IMG/VR virus record: IMGVR_UViG_3300023179_000020
Direction: 5' to 3' (one strand)
From: a virus
Length of the DNA stretch: 64,000 nt
The notes below the pieces were generated by a model. That model ran no database searches. It had not been told where the DNA came from and worked only from the letters and a program-made list of their open reading frames with translations. Each line of letters starts with the position of its first letter. The first letter of the stretch is position 1. Position numbers and translations under genes: made by a program. Of the stretch, positions 1-8,707 are shown piece by piece.

Positions 1-22
1 ATACAGTGCAGAAGCAGACAAT

Positions 23-349
23 GTGGCTAAAGAAATTCAAGAAGCAATTAATCGTCTCCATATGACTCGAGACAGCTGGGAATTTTATGAAGAACCAGCT
101 ATGGAACAACTTGAACAAAAATGGGGCAAAACAACATTTGAACACATACCCTACCAACATACAAAAGATGGTAAAGTGCTTACTTATGAATTAAAATCAA
201 AAACCGAAAAAGTAATTACAGAGGAAGATGAAAAACAGTACAAAGAAGAGTTCCGTAAAACACTCAAAGATGTCAGGAAAAAATACATCAAAGACAAGAT
301 TGCAGCGTATAAGTTTATTGGAAGAAACATGGACAAGTGGTGGGATTAA
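23..349 (+). CDS. hypothetical protein
   Basis: ORF track; co-oriented with neighbours. Confidence 0.6.
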   Translation: MAKEIQEAINRLHMTRDSWEFYEEPAMEQLEQKWGKTTFEHIPYQHTKDGKVLTYELKSKTEKVITEEDEKQYKEEFRKTLKDVRKKYIKDKIAAYKFIGRNMDKWWD

Positions 350-701
350 GTTTTACTGGTTCCGTAAACGTATCCTAAAAAAGATAACTTTATTATGGGA
401 ACGTGTTACTGGGTTTAATCCGTACAACATTCAACCTTCTGGACTATGCCCTGTACAAGCCGATGGATTTACCAAGGATGGAAACTGGTATTATTTTAGA
501 GCAAGAGGAACAAACATCAGTTTAGAAATTTACCCTTCAGAAAATGCTTTTGGAATTGAACCTTATATTTTTTATCGTGAATTAAAATACGGACACACCT
601 ATGAAGCAGGGTATTTGTTACGAAAAGACGCAATACGATTAGCTACAGTATGGTTAAATGAATATTTTGAACATAAACAAACAATAAATTTAAACAAATG
701 A
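228..701 (+). CDS. hypothetical protein (true start probably downstream of 228)
   Basis: ORF; C-terminal part (CPVQADG...YYFRARG) looks globular; 5' part overlaps upstream gene. Confidence 0.55.
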   Translation: MKNSTKKSSVKHSKMSGKNTSKTRLQRISLLEETWTSGGIKFYWFRKRILKKITLLWERVTGFNPYNIQPSGLCPVQADGFTKDGNWYYFRARGTNISLEIYPSENAFGIEPYIFYRELKYGHTYEAGYLLRKDAIRLATVWLNEYFEHKQTINLNK

Positions 702-898
702 ATCCTATTACATTATCACTTTTAGTATCAGCTGCATTTTTTGTTTTAGCAGCACTTATATTTTACAATTTGCATCGTCAAGTAAATAAACAAATTTACG
801 ATCAAAATGGAGAATATATGGGCCAAGCAGATGAACCTAATGACAACAAACAAGTAACAAGTGTACCCGAAAAACAAATTAAAGATTTAGAAAAATGA
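698..898 (+). CDS. small membrane protein
   Basis: N-terminal hydrophobic helix; ATGA overlaps at both ends. Confidence 0.65.
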   Translation: MNPITLSLLVSAAFFVLAALIFYNLHRQVNKQIYDQNGEYMGQADEPNDNKQVTSVPEKQIKDLEK

Positions 899-1197
899 AA
901 AAAATATTGTTATTATTGTTACTCATAAATATGTTTTTTGCTGGTTATCTTTGTAAAAAATACACATTACCATGTTGTTTTGGAAAAATAGTATATGCAG
1001 AATACATATATAAGGAAACAGAAGAAAATGTATATTGGATAGACATTGAAAATTTATGTAACAATGATACTACAAGAACATATGTAAGTGAAGAAGAATA
1101 TTATTTTTATTATAATATAGTTGGTGATACAATTCAATTTGCATATATTGAAAATGAAAAATATCCAATTATTCCTAAACTAAAAAATAAAAAATAA
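895..1197 (+). CDS. secreted/membrane-anchored hypothetical protein
   Basis: MKK plus hydrophobic signal-like N-terminus. Confidence 0.65.
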   Translation: MKKILLLLLLINMFFAGYLCKKYTLPCCFGKIVYAEYIYKETEENVYWIDIENLCNNDTTRTYVSEEEYYFYYNIVGDTIQFAYIENEKYPIIPKLKNKK

Positions 1198-1200
1198 ATT

Positions 1201-1443
1201 ATGGAAAAAACATTTACAAAAGTTACTGAAGAGAAATTAAACGCTATGACTTGCAAGCATTATGGTGCTGGTAAGGAATTACAAATTGATGATGTGATTT
1301 GTAGTGGATTCACAATTAATTATGCAAATCTTTATGGTACACCACCATCTGAATATCGTTCGGATGAAATATCATTATCATTAAAAATGTTTGTTGAAAA
1401 AGATGGAATGTTATATGAATTGTATAAAATAAAAGAAAAATAA
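1201..1443 (+). CDS. hypothetical protein
   Basis: ORF in tightly packed operon. Confidence 0.6.
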   Translation: MEKTFTKVTEEKLNAMTCKHYGAGKELQIDDVICSGFTINYANLYGTPPSEYRSDEISLSLKMFVEKDGMLYELYKIKEK

Positions 1444-1446
1444 TTT

Positions 1447-2805
1447 ATGGCAACACTGCAAACACAATACCAACAATGGTTACAAGAAAACCCTAACCAA
1501 CAACTAACCTACGAACAATGGTTTAGTAAATGGGATAAAATAATTGGTTTACCAATCGTATCAGACGATTTTCAAATTGGACCTAACGGTGCTTATGAGC
1601 ATGTAGGTAATGAGTTAGATTTACAATACCAAGATCTACTCCAACATATCCTAGACAATGGTGTTAAAAAAGAAACTAGAAATGGCGGAACAATCTCAGT
1701 ATTTGGACATCAGATTAGACACAACATGAAAGATGGGTTTCCATTGCTTACAACTAAGAAGATGGCTTGGAAAACTATGGTAACAGAATTAATATGGTTC
1801 CTACGTGGTGATACCAATATCAAATACCTTGTGGATAACGATTGTCATATTTGGGATGGTGATGCTTATAAGAATTACCTAAAGAAAAGAACGTTTGCAA
1901 ATAAGGATAATGTAAGAGAACCGGTTACATTAGAAAATGGTATGACCGGTGAAAGATCGAGACAATTCACACAAGAAGAATTTATCAACAAAATCAAAAT
2001 AGATGATGAGTTTGCTAAAAAGTGGGGTGAGCTCGGGCCCGTGTACGGAAAGCAATGGAGAAGTTGGGGTCCTATGATGAGAGATATTATTCCGTTAGAG
2101 ACTGGCTCATACGTCTATAAAGGACCAATAGACCAAATCGCAAACCTAATCAATGACCTTAAAACAAACCCAGATAGTAGACGATTAATGGTTAATGCTT
2201 GGAATGTTGGAGAATTAGACCAAATGGTTCTTCCTCCTTGTCATTATGGATTTCAAGTTTATACAAGAGAGTTGAGTTTGGAAGAACGATTTAAGATTGC
2301 TTACAAAAATTTAGAACTAAGAAAAAAATTAAAAGCTGAATCTGCTATGCTACATTATCCATCAGGACATAGCAAAGTTATGGATAACGCAAATATCCCA
2401 ACACGAGCAATCTCTTTAATGTGGAATCAACGTTCGGTAGATACATTCTTAGGTTTACCATTCAACATTGCTAGTTATGGATTGTTATTAGAACTTATTG
2501 CTAAGGCAGTTGGTATGGTACCTGATGAGTTGATTGGTAACTTAGGTGATGTACATTTATACAATAACCACATTGAGCAAGCCAAAGAGCAGATCAGTCG
2601 AACCCCTTATGAGCTACCTAAGCTAAATATCAATACTGAGTTTTGGCCTACAGAGAATGGTTCATGTGGTGAAGGACCTTTAGATGCAACGGCAGTGTTC
2701 AATAGCTTTAAGAAAGATGACTTCTGTAAGTGTTTACTAGAAGAGGACATTCAGTTAGGCAACTATCAATCACACCCAACAATTAAAGCACCTTTATCAA
2801 ATTGA
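1447..2805 (+). CDS. thyA: thymidylate synthase with N-terminal extension and insertions
   Basis: FPLLTTKK, ELIWFLRG, GPVYGKQWR, NPDSRR, catalytic LPPCH, QRSVD, LGLPFNIASY, HLYNNH. Confidence 0.97.
   Translation: MATLQTQYQQWLQENPNQQLTYEQWFSKWDKIIGLPIVSDDFQIGPNGAYEHVGNELDLQYQDLLQHILDNGVKKETRNGGTISVFGHQIRHNMKDGFPLLTTKKMAWKTMVTELIWFLRGDTNIKYLVDNDCHIWDGDAYKNYLKKRTFANKDNVREPVTLENGMTGERSRQFTQEEFINKIKIDDEFAKKWGELGPVYGKQWRSWGPMMRDIIPLETGSYVYKGPIDQIANLINDLKTNPDSRRLMVNAWNVGELDQMVLPPCHYGFQVYTRELSLEERFKIAYKNLELRKKLKAESAMLHYPSGHSKVMDNANIPTRAISLMWNQRSVDTFLGLPFNIASYGLLLELIAKAVGMVPDELIGNLGDVHLYNNHIEQAKEQISRTPYELPKLNINTEFWPTENGSCGEGPLDATAVFNSFKKDDFCKCLLEEDIQLGNYQSHPTIKAPLSN
2767..2803 (+). repeat. 37-bp direct repeat, copy 1 (thyA 3' end)
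   Basis: caatcacacccaacaattaaagcacctttatcaaatt; 36/37 identical to 3724-3760. Confidence 0.95.
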
Positions 2806-2808
2806 TCG

Positions 2809-2816
2809 ATATTTAT
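2809..2816 (+). promoter_or_regulatory. putative late promoter ATATTTAT (representative of about 20 copies)
   Basis: also at 4399, 5331, 6072, 6815, 21303, 24960, 27450, 30704, 33406, 41420, 44572, 44655, 46962, 47004, 51583, 52214, 55721, 60905, 63576, at or next to gene boundaries upstream of + strand ATGs. Confidence 0.75.
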
Positions 2817-2820
2817 TAAT

Positions 2821-3270
2821 ATGATACGATTAATGGATTTATTGAAAGAGGCTCCTAAGAAAGCTGCTAAATCTTTAGAGAGCTTTATTGTAAATGGTAG
2901 TGAGTTCAAAACAAAATATGCTACCGATTTCAAAGGTAAAATAGCAAAGGTCCTATATAAAAATAACCTGAATATCGGATCTAATATGGGTAAAGGATCC
3001 TATTGGTGCGTAACACAAGACTGCCTTGACATATACTCAGGAGAAAGGGATCAGGAGTTTGGATCCAAATATGCTATGTACGTAAAGGATATCGTATACA
3101 AACCAGTACCTAACAACATAAAAATTCTTGTAAAAGAAGGTATTGCATGGGATTTATGGCAGGGGAAGAGTAAAGATAAGTTGTATCTAGAAATAACAAA
3201 GATAGCAGACGGAGTATATGATCCGGATCAAGATGATTTTGGATTATTATTATTTAAGAATATAAAATGA
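2821..3270 (+). CDS. leader-bearing (MIRLMDLLKE) putative internal virion protein, possibly ART-like
   Basis: 10-aa leader shared with 5 other ORFs; GKGSYW...Y and DGVYD segments weakly ART-like. Confidence 0.65.
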   Translation: MIRLMDLLKEAPKKAAKSLESFIVNGSEFKTKYATDFKGKIAKVLYKNNLNIGSNMGKGSYWCVTQDCLDIYSGERDQEFGSKYAMYVKDIVYKPVPNNIKILVKEGIAWDLWQGKSKDKLYLEITKIADGVYDPDQDDFGLLLFKNIK

Positions 3271-3743
3271 TACGATTAAAGGATTTATTGAAAGAAGTAA
3301 CTGGTTTAGATTATTTACAATCCGTTCAGTCCGATGAACCTTTTAATACCAATCAACCTTTATACCACTTAGTTCTGCAATCTAATTTAGATAAAGTTGT
3401 GATGGAAGGATTAAAACCTTCGCAACCAAAAGCTTCTATGAAAGGAGGATCTATAAAAGGAGAATCATTCAAAGGAGTTTGGCTCACATCCTTAGATGAC
3501 CCCGCTGCTATTGTGGATATTCATATGTTACCACGTAAATACGAATACGAAGGAGTGATATTGGAAATAGATGGTAGTAAATTAGATCCTAAGTTGTTTA
3601 GTATAGGAATTGAAATACCGCCTAATTTATTATTAAAAGTTAATAAAGGCGAGAAAATATCTCGTAATGATTATTATGAACAATCAGAAGAGATTGTTTA
3701 TTTAGGAGTGATACCTCCAACAGCAATCACACCCATCAATTAA
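3267..3743 (+). CDS. leader-bearing (MIRLKDLLKE) ADP-ribosyltransferase/Tpt1(KptA)-like protein
   Basis: LYH..L..V..EGLKP...GVWLT...VILEID...E.VY...IPP pattern of the Tpt1/ART fold. Confidence 0.65.
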   Translation: MIRLKDLLKEVTGLDYLQSVQSDEPFNTNQPLYHLVLQSNLDKVVMEGLKPSQPKASMKGGSIKGESFKGVWLTSLDDPAAIVDIHMLPRKYEYEGVILEIDGSKLDPKLFSIGIEIPPNLLLKVNKGEKISRNDYYEQSEEIVYLGVIPPTAITPIN

Positions 3744-3760
3744 AGCACCTTTATCAAATT
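3724..3760 (+). repeat. 37-bp direct repeat, copy 2 (duplicate thyA 3' end)
   Basis: matches 2767-2803; reads QSHPSIKAPLSN-stop in the thyA frame. Confidence 0.95.
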
Positions 3761-3767
3761 AAATACT

Positions 3768-3795
3768 AAAAGGCTTGGATTTCCAAGCTTTTTTT
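3768..3795 (+). terminator. intrinsic terminator overlapping a TTGG..TATATT promoter
   Basis: ggcttgga-ttt-ccaagc hairpin followed by T run. Confidence 0.65.
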
Positions 3796-3809
3796 ATTAT
3801 ATTCAAAGT

Positions 3810-4064
3810 ATGAAACATCCTTATGACTTACAAGAAGAGTTAGATGATACTCATTCGGCGTATGTACAACTAATGCAAAACAGATTGGATTGGTGTGTAG
3901 AGACTGAGCGATACGAAATGGCTGCTCGATTAAGAGACTTAGTCAAATACGAGACAACAACCGATGAACAATATAAACACCAGTACTACTTAGAGTTGCT
4001 TAAAAAATATGCTCCTGAGTGCCCAGAATTTTATGAACGAATGAAAGAAAAATATAAGTTATGA
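3810..4064 (+). CDS. UVR (UvrB/UvrC motif) coiled-coil protein
   Basis: ERYEMAARLRD matches the UVR consensus. Confidence 0.65.
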   Translation: MKHPYDLQEELDDTHSAYVQLMQNRLDWCVETERYEMAARLRDLVKYETTTDEQYKHQYYLELLKKYAPECPEFYERMKEKYKL

Positions 4065-4384
4065 CATACGAAACATTTTTAAAATTAACGCTTGAGTTAC
4101 AAAAACAAGAGCGCATTATAGACAACTTGTATGAAAACAAGATTGACCTAAATGAGTTTATAGATCCGTATCACGGTTTAATCACTTTACTGATTAAAGA
4201 AATTTATGGTGAGGAAGGTGTTGATTGGTGGTCTTGGTTCTGCTATGAGAATAACTTTGGTCAAGGCACATTAGAGGCATGGGATAAAGATGGAAAACGA
4301 ATCTGTTATAGTCTTGAATCACTTTGGCAGTATTTAGAGGCAATTAGAGTAAAGAATCATTTTAGTTTTGTTAAAACTAAATAG
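4061..4384 (+). CDS. hypothetical phage protein
   Basis: ORF; DWWSWFCYENNFG aromatic motif. Confidence 0.7.
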   Translation: MTYETFLKLTLELQKQERIIDNLYENKIDLNEFIDPYHGLITLLIKEIYGEEGVDWWSWFCYENNFGQGTLEAWDKDGKRICYSLESLWQYLEAIRVKNHFSFVKTK

Positions 4385-4410
4385 CATACTTTGGTACCAT
4401 ATTTATTAGT

Positions 4411-5307
4411 ATGGTACTGTTGAGTATTTTTTTTGTAATTATTCTTAGTATTGTATTTTTTTTACATAAAAAGAAAACTCAATCTGTTGTCTCTCAACTT
4501 TCAACTATACAACTTGAATTAGAAAACAAAAACCAAACACTTGAGTCTCAAAAACAAGAATTGGTTTCAAGTCTAAATTACGCTCACGAAATTCAAAAAG
4601 CATTATTACCAGGAGAGGAATTTATCAAAAGATATCTTCCTCTTTCATTTTTCTTTTATAAACCAAAAGACATTGTGGGTGGTGACTTTTTTTGGTTCCA
4701 CAAAATAAATGAACACACATACATTATTGTTTGTGCTGACTGTACAGGACATGGCATACCAGGAGCATTTATGACTATGCTTGGGAATAGTTTTTTAAAC
4801 CAAATTATAGTTGAAAATAAAACATATGATTTGTCTCAAATACTGTTTGAAATGGATAGATTGGTGAAAACAACGCTAAAACAAAACAGAATCAATCAGT
4901 CAATACAAGACGGTATGGATATGGCTATAATTAAAATTAACAAACAAAATAAACAATTACAATTTGCTGGAGCAAAACACAAATCTGTTTTATTCAAAAA
5001 AGACCAAATATGTGAATTAAAGGGTAATCGATTTGGAATTGGAGGCAATGCTGAAAAAAAATTTGATCAAATCACTGTTGAATATGAAGAGGATGATACA
5101 CTGTATTTGTATACAGATGGATATGTAGATCAATTTGGTGGTCCTGATGATAAAAAATTTTCAACAAAACAATTCCATGAATTGTTACAAATAATCCATT
5201 ATAAACCTATAATTGAACAGTATGAAAAAATAAAATCCACAATTAATAATTGGAAACATGGATTTGAACAAACAGATGACATTACTGTTATAGGAATAAA
5301 ATTTTAG
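4411..5307 (+). CDS. membrane-anchored SpoIIE/RsbU-type PP2C phosphatase
   Basis: TM + coiled coil + IQ.ALLP, VGGDFF, ADCTGHGIPGA, DGMD, YTDGYVDQFGG, QTDDIT. Confidence 0.92.
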   Translation: MVLLSIFFVIILSIVFFLHKKKTQSVVSQLSTIQLELENKNQTLESQKQELVSSLNYAHEIQKALLPGEEFIKRYLPLSFFFYKPKDIVGGDFFWFHKINEHTYIIVCADCTGHGIPGAFMTMLGNSFLNQIIVENKTYDLSQILFEMDRLVKTTLKQNRINQSIQDGMDMAIIKINKQNKQLQFAGAKHKSVLFKKDQICELKGNRFGIGGNAEKKFDQITVEYEEDDTLYLYTDGYVDQFGGPDDKKFSTKQFHELLQIIHYKPIIEQYEKIKSTINNWKHGFEQTDDITVIGIKF

Positions 5308-5368
5308 TAAGACTTTTCCTTTGGTTGAACATATTTATACCTGTATAACAAAACAAGTAAAAATATAA

Positions 5369-6043
5369 ATGGACAGTATTATTACAACTGTAATCACATC
5401 AATTACATCAATAATAGTTACATTAATAACGGCGGGGTATTTTAAGAAATGGTTAGATGAAAAATATCAGTCTCATTCTAAAAGAAAACTAATGAATCAA
5501 ATCAACAAAGATGAATTGGTTCATCTTACAGTTGAAGAAATTAAAAACGAATACGAGGCAGATAGAGTATACTTAATACAATTCCATAATGGTGGAACGT
5601 TTTATACTAATTCTCCGATGCAAAAAGCATCTGTTACTTATGAAAGAACGTCTGATGGTTTAGAACCATTATCAAACAACATGGTAAATTTCTTTGTAAG
5701 CCACTACACGTCACTTATCAAATCCACAATTGAAAATAAATTTTTCTATACAAACATAGAAAAAATTGAAGACATAACAACCAAAGCGTTACTTAGAAAA
5801 ACAAGCACCCAAGCATCAGCTTCTATTCCAATTTATGATAAGGGCAGTTCTAAATTTGGGTCACCAAATGGTAACCTAATAGGAATACTAGTAATTGACT
5901 GGGTATTCAGTGATGTGCCTAAAAGATTTGTAAAAAGCAATGCTAGCACTATTGCATCGGGTTGTTGTTTTACAGAAGAATTTAAAGAACATTTGTTACA
6001 GAATGGTGAATCAGTTGCTAATTTGATTAAGCAAAATCAATAA
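5369..6043 (+). CDS. TM + GAF-like domain protein (candidate T4 gpT-like holin)
   Basis: N-terminal TM; ADRVYLIQFHNGG...SIPI...LIGILVIDW GAF pattern; near lysis genes. Confidence 0.55.
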   Translation: MDSIITTVITSITSIIVTLITAGYFKKWLDEKYQSHSKRKLMNQINKDELVHLTVEEIKNEYEADRVYLIQFHNGGTFYTNSPMQKASVTYERTSDGLEPLSNNMVNFFVSHYTSLIKSTIENKFFYTNIEKIEDITTKALLRKTSTQASASIPIYDKGSSKFGSPNGNLIGILVIDWVFSDVPKRFVKSNASTIASGCCFTEEFKEHLLQNGESVANLIKQNQ

Positions 6044-6094
6044 TAACTTGTGTAATTAACTTTATTTTCATATATTTATAACAAATAAACAATT

Positions 6095-6394
6095 ATGAAA
6101 GACAATTTTAACATATACAAGTGGAGACGTGATCATTTGACGGAAAATGAAAATCCAAAACAAACTGTATCTCCAGAAGAACTGTTTAAGGCTTTTAAAG
6201 AAAAATTTGATACTGGAAGCCATCGTCCTGACCAAAATAGAATCAAAACTGTAAGTAAATTAATGGATGATAAAAAGGTAGATGCTGCTATAAAACTTTT
6301 TAATGAAAAGGGATACAATGTTAAAATAGAGTATATAGATCACGATTCTAAAGAAAGACCAGAAGAAATATATTTTGATTACACGAAAAAATAA
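6095..6394 (+). CDS. late hypothetical protein (leader ending LTE)
   Basis: ATATTTAT upstream; MKDNFNIYKWRRDHLTE. Confidence 0.65.
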   Translation: MKDNFNIYKWRRDHLTENENPKQTVSPEELFKAFKEKFDTGSHRPDQNRIKTVSKLMDDKKVDAAIKLFNEKGYNVKIEYIDHDSKERPEEIYFDYTKK

Positions 6395-6418
6395 TTTCCT
6401 TTTTTATAAAATAAATTT

Positions 6419-6437
6419 GGCCTTCGGGCCTTTTTTT
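6419..6437 (+). terminator. intrinsic terminator overlapping promoter
   Basis: ggcc-ttcg-ggcc followed by T7. Confidence 0.7.
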
Positions 6438-6463
6438 ATTATATTTACGTAAAATAAAAAGTT

Positions 6464-6796
6464 ATGACAAACACAATTGCACTTAAAGACAACTATTCGT
6501 TGCAAATCATTGCTGACAACTGGGACAAAGTTATTTATGTATGGTTAGCAGACGACCGTGTTAACAAAAACACTCTATTATCAACATGGAGACATGGAAA
6601 ATGGGAAACCAATAATTTTAACAGTGGACAGTTTTTTGAATTGGCTAAAAGGTATTCTAAAGTAAAAAGATGTATACGCAATGCTTTTGAACATATTCAC
6701 AATACTGAATATGAAACTACTGTTAAAAAAACATGGGTTAAATTTAACTGTCTTAAGCGTCGTGTTAGAATGAAATTTTATAAAATAATTCACTAA
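6464..6796 (+). CDS. hypothetical protein
   Basis: ORF after TTTGG..TATATTT promoter. Confidence 0.65.
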   Translation: MTNTIALKDNYSLQIIADNWDKVIYVWLADDRVNKNTLLSTWRHGKWETNNFNSGQFFELAKRYSKVKRCIRNAFEHIHNTEYETTVKKTWVKFNCLKRRVRMKFYKIIH

Positions 6797-6837
6797 TCTA
6801 TTTTTAGTCTGTTGATATTTATGATAAACAACAGGCT

Positions 6838-7383
6838 ATGCGATTATACAGTTATTCTGAATTAAAAGACCAATTTGATAGACTCGGGTACCAATTCCCG
6901 AGTTTTCATATCGTTGGAATACGCTCAAATGCTAATAAACCAAATGAATTTGATGATTTGATTGGTTTAATAAACAATTCTAATGTATCATGGTTTACAG
7001 GCACAACCAACCCAGGCACCCATTGGCTTAAAAACCTGATGAATCCTAAAGGCACAGCATTGCTAAAGCCAGGCCAATACAAAGACAGTTGGAAATTAGG
7101 ATTACACCGCAACCAATACAAAGCACTTGTACAATGTGCCCCAATTACTGTCTTTAGAGACAAAGACAAAGATGCAATTGCTGAAGAAACAGCAGTTACT
7201 GATACTGGTATTTTTGGTATCAACATTCACAGAGCAAATCCAAATGCTGTTAGTAAATTTATTGACAAATGGTCTGCTGGTTGTCAAGTGTTGAATAATC
7301 CTACTGACTTTAAGAAACTTATTGATGCTTGTGATGCGTCAGGATTGTCTCGATTTACTTACACATTACTAAAAGAATTTTAA
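6838..7383 (+). CDS. putative endolysin (YkuD/L,D-transpeptidase-like His-Cys motif)
   Basis: GINIH...WSAGCQV; followed by holin- and spanin-like genes; late motif upstream. Confidence 0.6.
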   Translation: MRLYSYSELKDQFDRLGYQFPSFHIVGIRSNANKPNEFDDLIGLINNSNVSWFTGTTNPGTHWLKNLMNPKGTALLKPGQYKDSWKLGLHRNQYKALVQCAPITVFRDKDKDAIAEETAVTDTGIFGINIHRANPNAVSKFIDKWSAGCQVLNNPTDFKKLIDACDASGLSRFTYTLLKEF

Positions 7384-7384
7384 T

Positions 7385-7657
7385 ATGAAAACTAAAAAGT
7401 ATTGGATTGACAAGGTAGTATCATCAAACAGTGGTGTATCATCAAAACGTGTTGCTGGTATTTTTACACTAGTAAACATAATTGTGTTTTGTTATGCTGC
7501 ACTATTAAGAGACATGGAATTACCTGAATACATGTTTGAAGCAATTTGTTTATTGGCTGGTAGTTTACTTGGTATTACTACATTTGAAAACATATTCAGA
7601 AAACCTACTCCACCACCTACTGATACAACTAACACAACAAACGAATCTGGACAATGA
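7385..7657 (+). CDS. putative holin (2 TM)
   Basis: SSKR followed by two hydrophobic helices; adjacent to endolysin candidate. Confidence 0.6.
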   Translation: MKTKKYWIDKVVSSNSGVSSKRVAGIFTLVNIIVFCYAALLRDMELPEYMFEAICLLAGSLLGITTFENIFRKPTPPPTDTTNTTNESGQ

Positions 7658-8022
7658 AAAAATTTATTGAAAAAAGTTGGTATTACTTTATAATGATAGC
7701 AATGATAATTGTTATTGTTAAGCTTTATTACAAACCTGCTACTACAATTGTAGTTGAGGATACAAAAGCAATTGAACGATTAAGATTTACTGTAGACAGT
7801 TTAACAAACGCACACCTTGCTTTTCAAGAAGATATAGCCAACCAACAAGCTGTTTTAATAGAAAACATTACAAAACAAAATAAAAAGTATGCTAAAAAAA
7901 TTAATGATATTCCTAAGCTTAGTGACCCTGAGCGTGACAATATTTGGTCAGACCTTAACACCAGTGAGGATAGTTTACCAGGGAGATACTGGGATATTCT
8001 TGAACAGAAAACAGGAAAATGA
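7654..8022 (+). CDS. putative i-spanin-like protein
   Basis: N-terminal TM + coiled coil; overlaps next gene. Confidence 0.5.
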   Translation: MKKFIEKSWYYFIMIAMIIVIVKLYYKPATTIVVEDTKAIERLRFTVDSLTNAHLAFQEDIANQQAVLIENITKQNKKYAKKINDIPKLSDPERDNIWSDLNTSEDSLPGRYWDILEQKTGK

Positions 8023-8332
8023 AGTTATAAAAACCTATAAATACAAAGAAATTTATAAGGTTAATCTTGATTCAATGTTTAAGTATGCTAATAGGTGTGC
8101 TGATGCTGTATTAGAATGTAATCGTGCTTACGGTGACTTAAAAGTATCATACAATAAACTTGAAGCAAAAGCCACTGAGTATAAGAACGATGCTATAGAA
8201 TGTGCTGCATTGAATAAAAAAGCACTATCGGATTTGAATACAGAAAACAATAGAAAAAGAATTTGGAGAAGAATTGCTATTGGTGAAGGTGTGTTTATAT
8301 TGGGGGTAGGAGCATTATTTTATTTTCTATGA
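7889..8332 (+). CDS. putative spanin-like protein (signal peptide, coiled coil, C-terminal TM)
   Basis: overlapping frame with 7654..8022, as in spanin pairs. Confidence 0.5.
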   Translation: MLKKLMIFLSLVTLSVTIFGQTLTPVRIVYQGDTGIFLNRKQENEVIKTYKYKEIYKVNLDSMFKYANRCADAVLECNRAYGDLKVSYNKLEAKATEYKNDAIECAALNKKALSDLNTENNRKRIWRRIAIGEGVFILGVGALFYFL

Positions 8333-8658
8333 AACACTGTTTATTAGCATTACTATTATTCTTCAGTTTTAACATTTATTCTCAAGTATACGTTCCCAAT
8401 GCGTTTTCACCTAACGGGGATGGACACAATGATGTGTTTATAGTTTCATCTCAAGACACATTAAGTCGTTATCACCTTAGAATTTATAATTGTTATGGTG
8501 AATTGATTTTTGAATCACAAAACCAAAACGAACCATGGCTAGGAGGCAATGAATACTACGCCATGTCCAGCAGATACATATACTTGTTAACCTGGTTAGA
8601 AACAGAACCAGCATTGGTTGAAATGAAAGTTAAGGGTTGTGTAACACTTTTGCGATAA
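8329..8658 (+). CDS. signal peptide + T9SS type-B (gliding-motility-associated, CHU_C) C-terminal domain
   Basis: VPNAFSPNGDGHND.F...IYN..GELIF...W.G...Y.Y...KG.VTLLR. Confidence 0.88.
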   Translation: MKHCLLALLLFFSFNIYSQVYVPNAFSPNGDGHNDVFIVSSQDTLSRYHLRIYNCYGELIFESQNQNEPWLGGNEYYAMSSRYIYLLTWLETEPALVEMKVKGCVTLLR

Positions 8659-8707
8659 AATTTGGCTGTTCACAAATTTGTTCGTATATTTAATTAAAAT
8701 TAAGGTT

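Noticed and set aside
1447-2805. dCMP hydroxymethylase or intein/intron in thyA
   Set aside because: FNIASY has the dUMP-specific Asn; insertions are short with no intein termini and the frame is uninterrupted.
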